Assembly: GCA_965263035.1 (NCBI GenBank)
Contig: OZ253580.1
Location: 3,936,001-4,000,000 of the forward strand
Reading direction: 5' to 3'
From: Acidobacteriota bacterium
GTDB lineage: Bacteria > Acidobacteriota > UBA6911 > RPQK01 > JAJDTT01
Length of the DNA stretch: 64,000 bases
Shown one piece after another: positions 60,972-64,000 of this stretch. The number at the start of each line of letters is the position of its first letter. The stretch's first letter is position 1. The notes beneath the pieces are model-generated. The model was not told the DNA's origin, made no database searches, and saw only the letters and a program-made list of their open reading frames with translations. A program made the position numbers and the translations under genes.

Positions 60972-62794
60972 GCCGAGCCCGGAGAGCCCGGTCTCGAGCC
61001 GCCCGGCGGCGGAAGCCGGCCCGTCCGGCGAGCCGATTCGACACGTCCCGTCTGTTTCCCCTGCTCCTCTTCCTGGTGGTGCTGGGCCTCTACGCCCCAT
61101 CGGCGGTCAACGACTTCGTTTACGACGACAACGAAGTGATCGTCAACCAGAAGGCGCCCACTTCATTCGCCGAGGTGGCCGGGATCTTCGGCGAACGCCA
61201 CTTCCCCAATCTCCCCTACTACCGCCCCGTCACCCGTACCACTCTGCTCCTGCAGAAGACCTTCCACGAAGACAATCCGGCGCCGTTTCACCTCTTGAAC
61301 GCCACCTTCATGGCCCTGGCTGCCCAAGTGGTCTATTTCCTGCTGCGGCTCCCCGTCTTCGGGGTGGCCCGGACGCCGGCACTCCTGGGAGCGGCGCTCT
61401 TTGCGCTGCATCCCATCGCCTCTTCCTGTGTCTACCCCACCGCCTCGGGGCGGGAGACTCTGCTGCCGTCGCTCTGGACCCTGCTCTCCATGTACGCCTT
61501 CCTGAGGCGGGGCCGGGGCTGGCAGGCGCTTTGCCTGGCGGCTTTCGCCGGCGCCCTCTTCAGCAAGGAACAGGCGGTGGTGATCCCCGTTCTCTTCGTG
61601 CTGGCGGACGCTTTGGGCATCTCGCCCGATCCGCCCGGCCGGAACCTGCGCCGGTGGGTGGTGCGATACCTGCCGCTGCTTCCGATCCTGGCCGGGTATT
61701 TCTGGATTCGGCACCTGCTCTTCGGCGGTTCCGAGTACGCCTTCGGCGAGCTCACGGGTCCGCTGTTCGCATTGGGCTACGCGATCCAGACCCTGCTCCT
61801 GCCCTTCGCCCAACTGGTCTACGAACCTACCCTGCCGATCTGGCTCTCCTGGCCCCGTCTGATCCTGGCTTGTCTGGCCACCGGGGGACTGGTGGTGCTG
61901 GCCCTGCGCCTGGAGCCCCGCCACCGTCCAGTGCTTCTCTTCTGGTCGGGCTGGTTCGTGGTGACTTTGGCTCCCACCGCCAACATCATCCAACAGGAGG
62001 CCAAGTACGATGAGCGCTACGTGTTCCTAGCGTCTCTGGCGCTGATCGCCGTAGGCGCGGCTGTGGTGTCCCAGGGAGAAAGGTCAGGCGGGTTCGGCAG
62101 GATCGGATCCGCAGTGGGTCTCCTCCTGGTCGGCGTCGCCGGACTCATCAGCTTCCACCGATCCGCCTACTTCCACGACAACCTGGCCTTCAGCCACCAA
62201 TGGCTCCGCACCGATCCCCAATCGGTCAATGCTCACTACAACCTGGGCTTCGGTCTGGCCCAACTGGGACGTCATCAGGAGGCGGTGCAGGCCTATGAGC
62301 GGGCTCTGGAGATCGAGCCGGACTACGGCTACGCGCACAATAATCTGGGGAACGCCCTGACCCAGGTGGGAAAACGTGCAGAGGCGATCGGACACTTCCG
62401 AAAGGCCTTGGAGCTCGATGCCTCCTATGCCGAGGCCCACCACAATCTGGCCAACGTCCTGGTGGAGGAGAACCGGCGTGACGAAGCGTTGGAGCATTTG
62501 CAGGAGGCCGTGCGGCTCCGGCCCGACTTCGCCGAGGCCCAAATGAATCTGGGCAACCTCCTCACCGGAAAGGGAAACGCCGCGGAGGCGGTCACCCGCT
62601 ACCGCTCGGCCCTGAAACTGAAGCCCGACTTCGCCGAGGCCCACAACAATCTGGCCAACGCACTGGTAGCGTTGGGGCGGCTTCGAGAGGCGATCTCCCA
62701 TTACTCGGAAGCCCTGCGAATCCGGCAGGACTATCCCGAGGCCCGGCGCAACCGGGAACTGGTATTGATGGAGTTGACGAGAACCGGAGGTTGA
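60968..62794 (+). CDS. TMTC-like GT-C membrane protein with C-terminal TPR repeats
   Basis: FVYDD, YYRPV, FALHP, SGR, FSKE and ERY; about 6 TPRs (AHNNL.N.L). Confidence 0.85.
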   Translation: MSRARRARSRAARRRKPARPASRFDTSRLFPLLLFLVVLGLYAPSAVNDFVYDDNEVIVNQKAPTSFAEVAGIFGERHFPNLPYYRPVTRTTLLLQKTFHEDNPAPFHLLNATFMALAAQVVYFLLRLPVFGVARTPALLGAALFALHPIASSCVYPTASGRETLLPSLWTLLSMYAFLRRGRGWQALCLAAFAGALFSKEQAVVIPVLFVLADALGISPDPPGRNLRRWVVRYLPLLPILAGYFWIRHLLFGGSEYAFGELTGPLFALGYAIQTLLLPFAQLVYEPTLPIWLSWPRLILACLATGGLVVLALRLEPRHRPVLLFWSGWFVVTLAPTANIIQQEAKYDERYVFLASLALIAVGAAVVSQGERSGGFGRIGSAVGLLLVGVAGLISFHRSAYFHDNLAFSHQWLRTDPQSVNAHYNLGFGLAQLGRHQEAVQAYERALEIEPDYGYAHNNLGNALTQVGKRAEAIGHFRKALELDASYAEAHHNLANVLVEENRRDEALEHLQEAVRLRPDFAEAQMNLGNLLTGKGNAAEAVTRYRSALKLKPDFAEAHNNLANALVALGRLREAISHYSEALRIRQDYPEARRNRELVLMELTRTGG

Positions 62795-62932
62795 GCCGGC
62801 GTGGCGCGTCCCGTTCCCCCGTTGGGCTACGAGCGGGTCGAACGTGGGGACGGCTCTTGCCGCGGGCTGATATCATAGGGGAGCGAATTCAATCGTATCG
62901 CGCGCAATGCCCGATCAAGGGGGAAAAGACAG

Positions 62933-64000
62933 ATGCCCTCGAGCTTGAGATGGAGCGGCGGTCCAGTAGCGGGCTTGGTCTTGGTGGCCCTGTTGGCCGG
63001 CGGATTCCGGCCTGGGATGAAGGAAGAGCAGGATCAGCGGTCGAAGCAGGCTCAGGAAGAGCAGGACTACTTCAAGAAATGGCTCAACGAAGACGTGGTC
63101 TACGTCATCACCAACGAGGAACGGAGCGTCTTCGAGAAGCTCAACACGCCTGCGGAGAAGGAGCGGTTCATCGAGCAGTTCTGGGTCCGCCGCGATCCCT
63201 CTCCGGGCACCTCTTACAACGACTTCAAGGAAGAGCACTACCGGCGGATCAAGTACTCCAACGAGCGCTACGCCGCGGGCTTCCCGGGCTGGATGTCGGA
63301 TCGGGGGAAGATCTACATCAAGTTCGGTCCTCCCGACGAGATCCGAAGCAACCCCAGCGGCGGGATCCACTCTCGAGAATTCTACGAGGGAGGCGGCACG
63401 GCGGTCACCTATCCCTTCGAAATCTGGTGGTACCGGCATATCGAGGGGATGGGACAGGACATCGAGATGGAGTTCGTGGACCGGCTCAACAGCGGAGAGT
63501 TCCGCCTGGCCATGGACCAGTGGGAGAAGGAGGTCGGCTTCGAGATGGGGATCGGACCCACCACCTTTGAGCAACTGGGACTGGTGACCCGGGCGGAAAT
63601 GAACCGGGCGCGCTATTTGGGCAACTCGGGCAATCCCTACGTTCGCAGCACCCGCATCCAGGACCAGCCCCTGGAGCGCCTGAGTCGTTACGCCCAGCTC
63701 ATGAAACCGCCCGTGATCCGGTTCGATGACCTGCGGACGGTGGTGGAGACCCGGGTCCGGTTCCAACAGATTCCGGTTTCGGTGGTGGCTCACGTGACCC
63801 CCATTCACGAGAACCTGAGCCTGGCGCTGGTGACGGCCAAGATCCAGGTCAGTCCGGAAAACTACGCCCAGACCGGAGACGTCTGGCGTTCGGAAACCCA
63901 TATCTACGGCCGGCTGAGCGACCTCACCGGGAAAGTGGTCTACGAGTTCGACGACGACGTGGTCAGCACCCTCGGCGCCGCACCGTCGGGTCGCGGACTT
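62933..64000 (+). CDS. GWxTD-domain protein (runs off the window)
   Basis: Manual translation: YFKKWLNEDVVYVIT.EE...FIEQFWVRRDP...FKEEHYRRI...PGWMSDRGKIYIKFGPPD. Not in the ORF track. Confidence 0.9.
   Translation, partial: MPSSLRWSGGPVAGLVLVALLAGGFRPGMKEEQDQRSKQAQEEQDYFKKWLNEDVVYVITNEERSVFEKLNTPAEKERFIEQFWVRRDPSPGTSYNDFKEEHYRRIKYSNERYAAGFPGWMSDRGKIYIKFGPPDEIRSNPSGGIHSREFYEGGGTAVTYPFEIWWYRHIEGMGQDIEMEFVDRLNSGEFRLAMDQWEKEVGFEMGIGPTTFEQLGLVTRAEMNRARYLGNSGNPYVRSTRIQDQPLERLSRYAQLMKPPVIRFDDLRTVVETRVRFQQIPVSVVAHVTPIHENLSLALVTAKIQVSPENYAQTGDVWRSETHIYGRLSDLTGKVVYEFDDDVVSTLGAAPSGRGL

Overview
GC-rich bacterial chromosome segment, most consistent with an Acidobacteriota genome (inferred from the GWxTD-domain gene, the M1/M28-PDZ peptidases and the bacterial TMTC-like protein). 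Housekeeping blocks (tRNA-Ile, lpdA, acnA, peptidase cluster; queG, msbA-like, fabI, sfsA; L,D-transpeptidase operon, alaX, exported propeller/sialidase proteins) alternate with two decaying accessory regions at about 1-4.7 kb and 18.8-35.5 kb. Mobile DNA read directly from terminal repeats and target duplications: two IS1380, one ISNCY/ISDol1-like, one IS4, two short MITE families (3 copies and 1 copy) and a dispersed GGAG-type REP-like palindrome family. Genes missed or mis-delimited by the ORF track include a Phd antitoxin, BrnT, PIN, HsdS and DciA-like remnants, a spondin gene, two insertion-split secreted proteins and the GWxTD gene. Best leads: (i) a soluble single-chain GAF-PAS-kinase-receiver-OmpR regulator divergent from a spondin gene, with 11-bp-spaced direct repeats between them; (ii) a duplicated, partly diverged 3' third of the M28 peptidase flanking an rhlE/hsdS islet, inside a 16-kb region bracketed by inverted MITEs; (iii) a DUF4398 / L,D-transpeptidase / pseudo-transpeptidase operon with a probable CTG start; (iv) a lipoprotein whose FN3-like domain is split by about 370 aa; (v) an in-frame amber codon in queG. 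No CRISPR array, cas gene, integrase or reverse transcriptase was seen. None of these leads can be proven novel without database searches.
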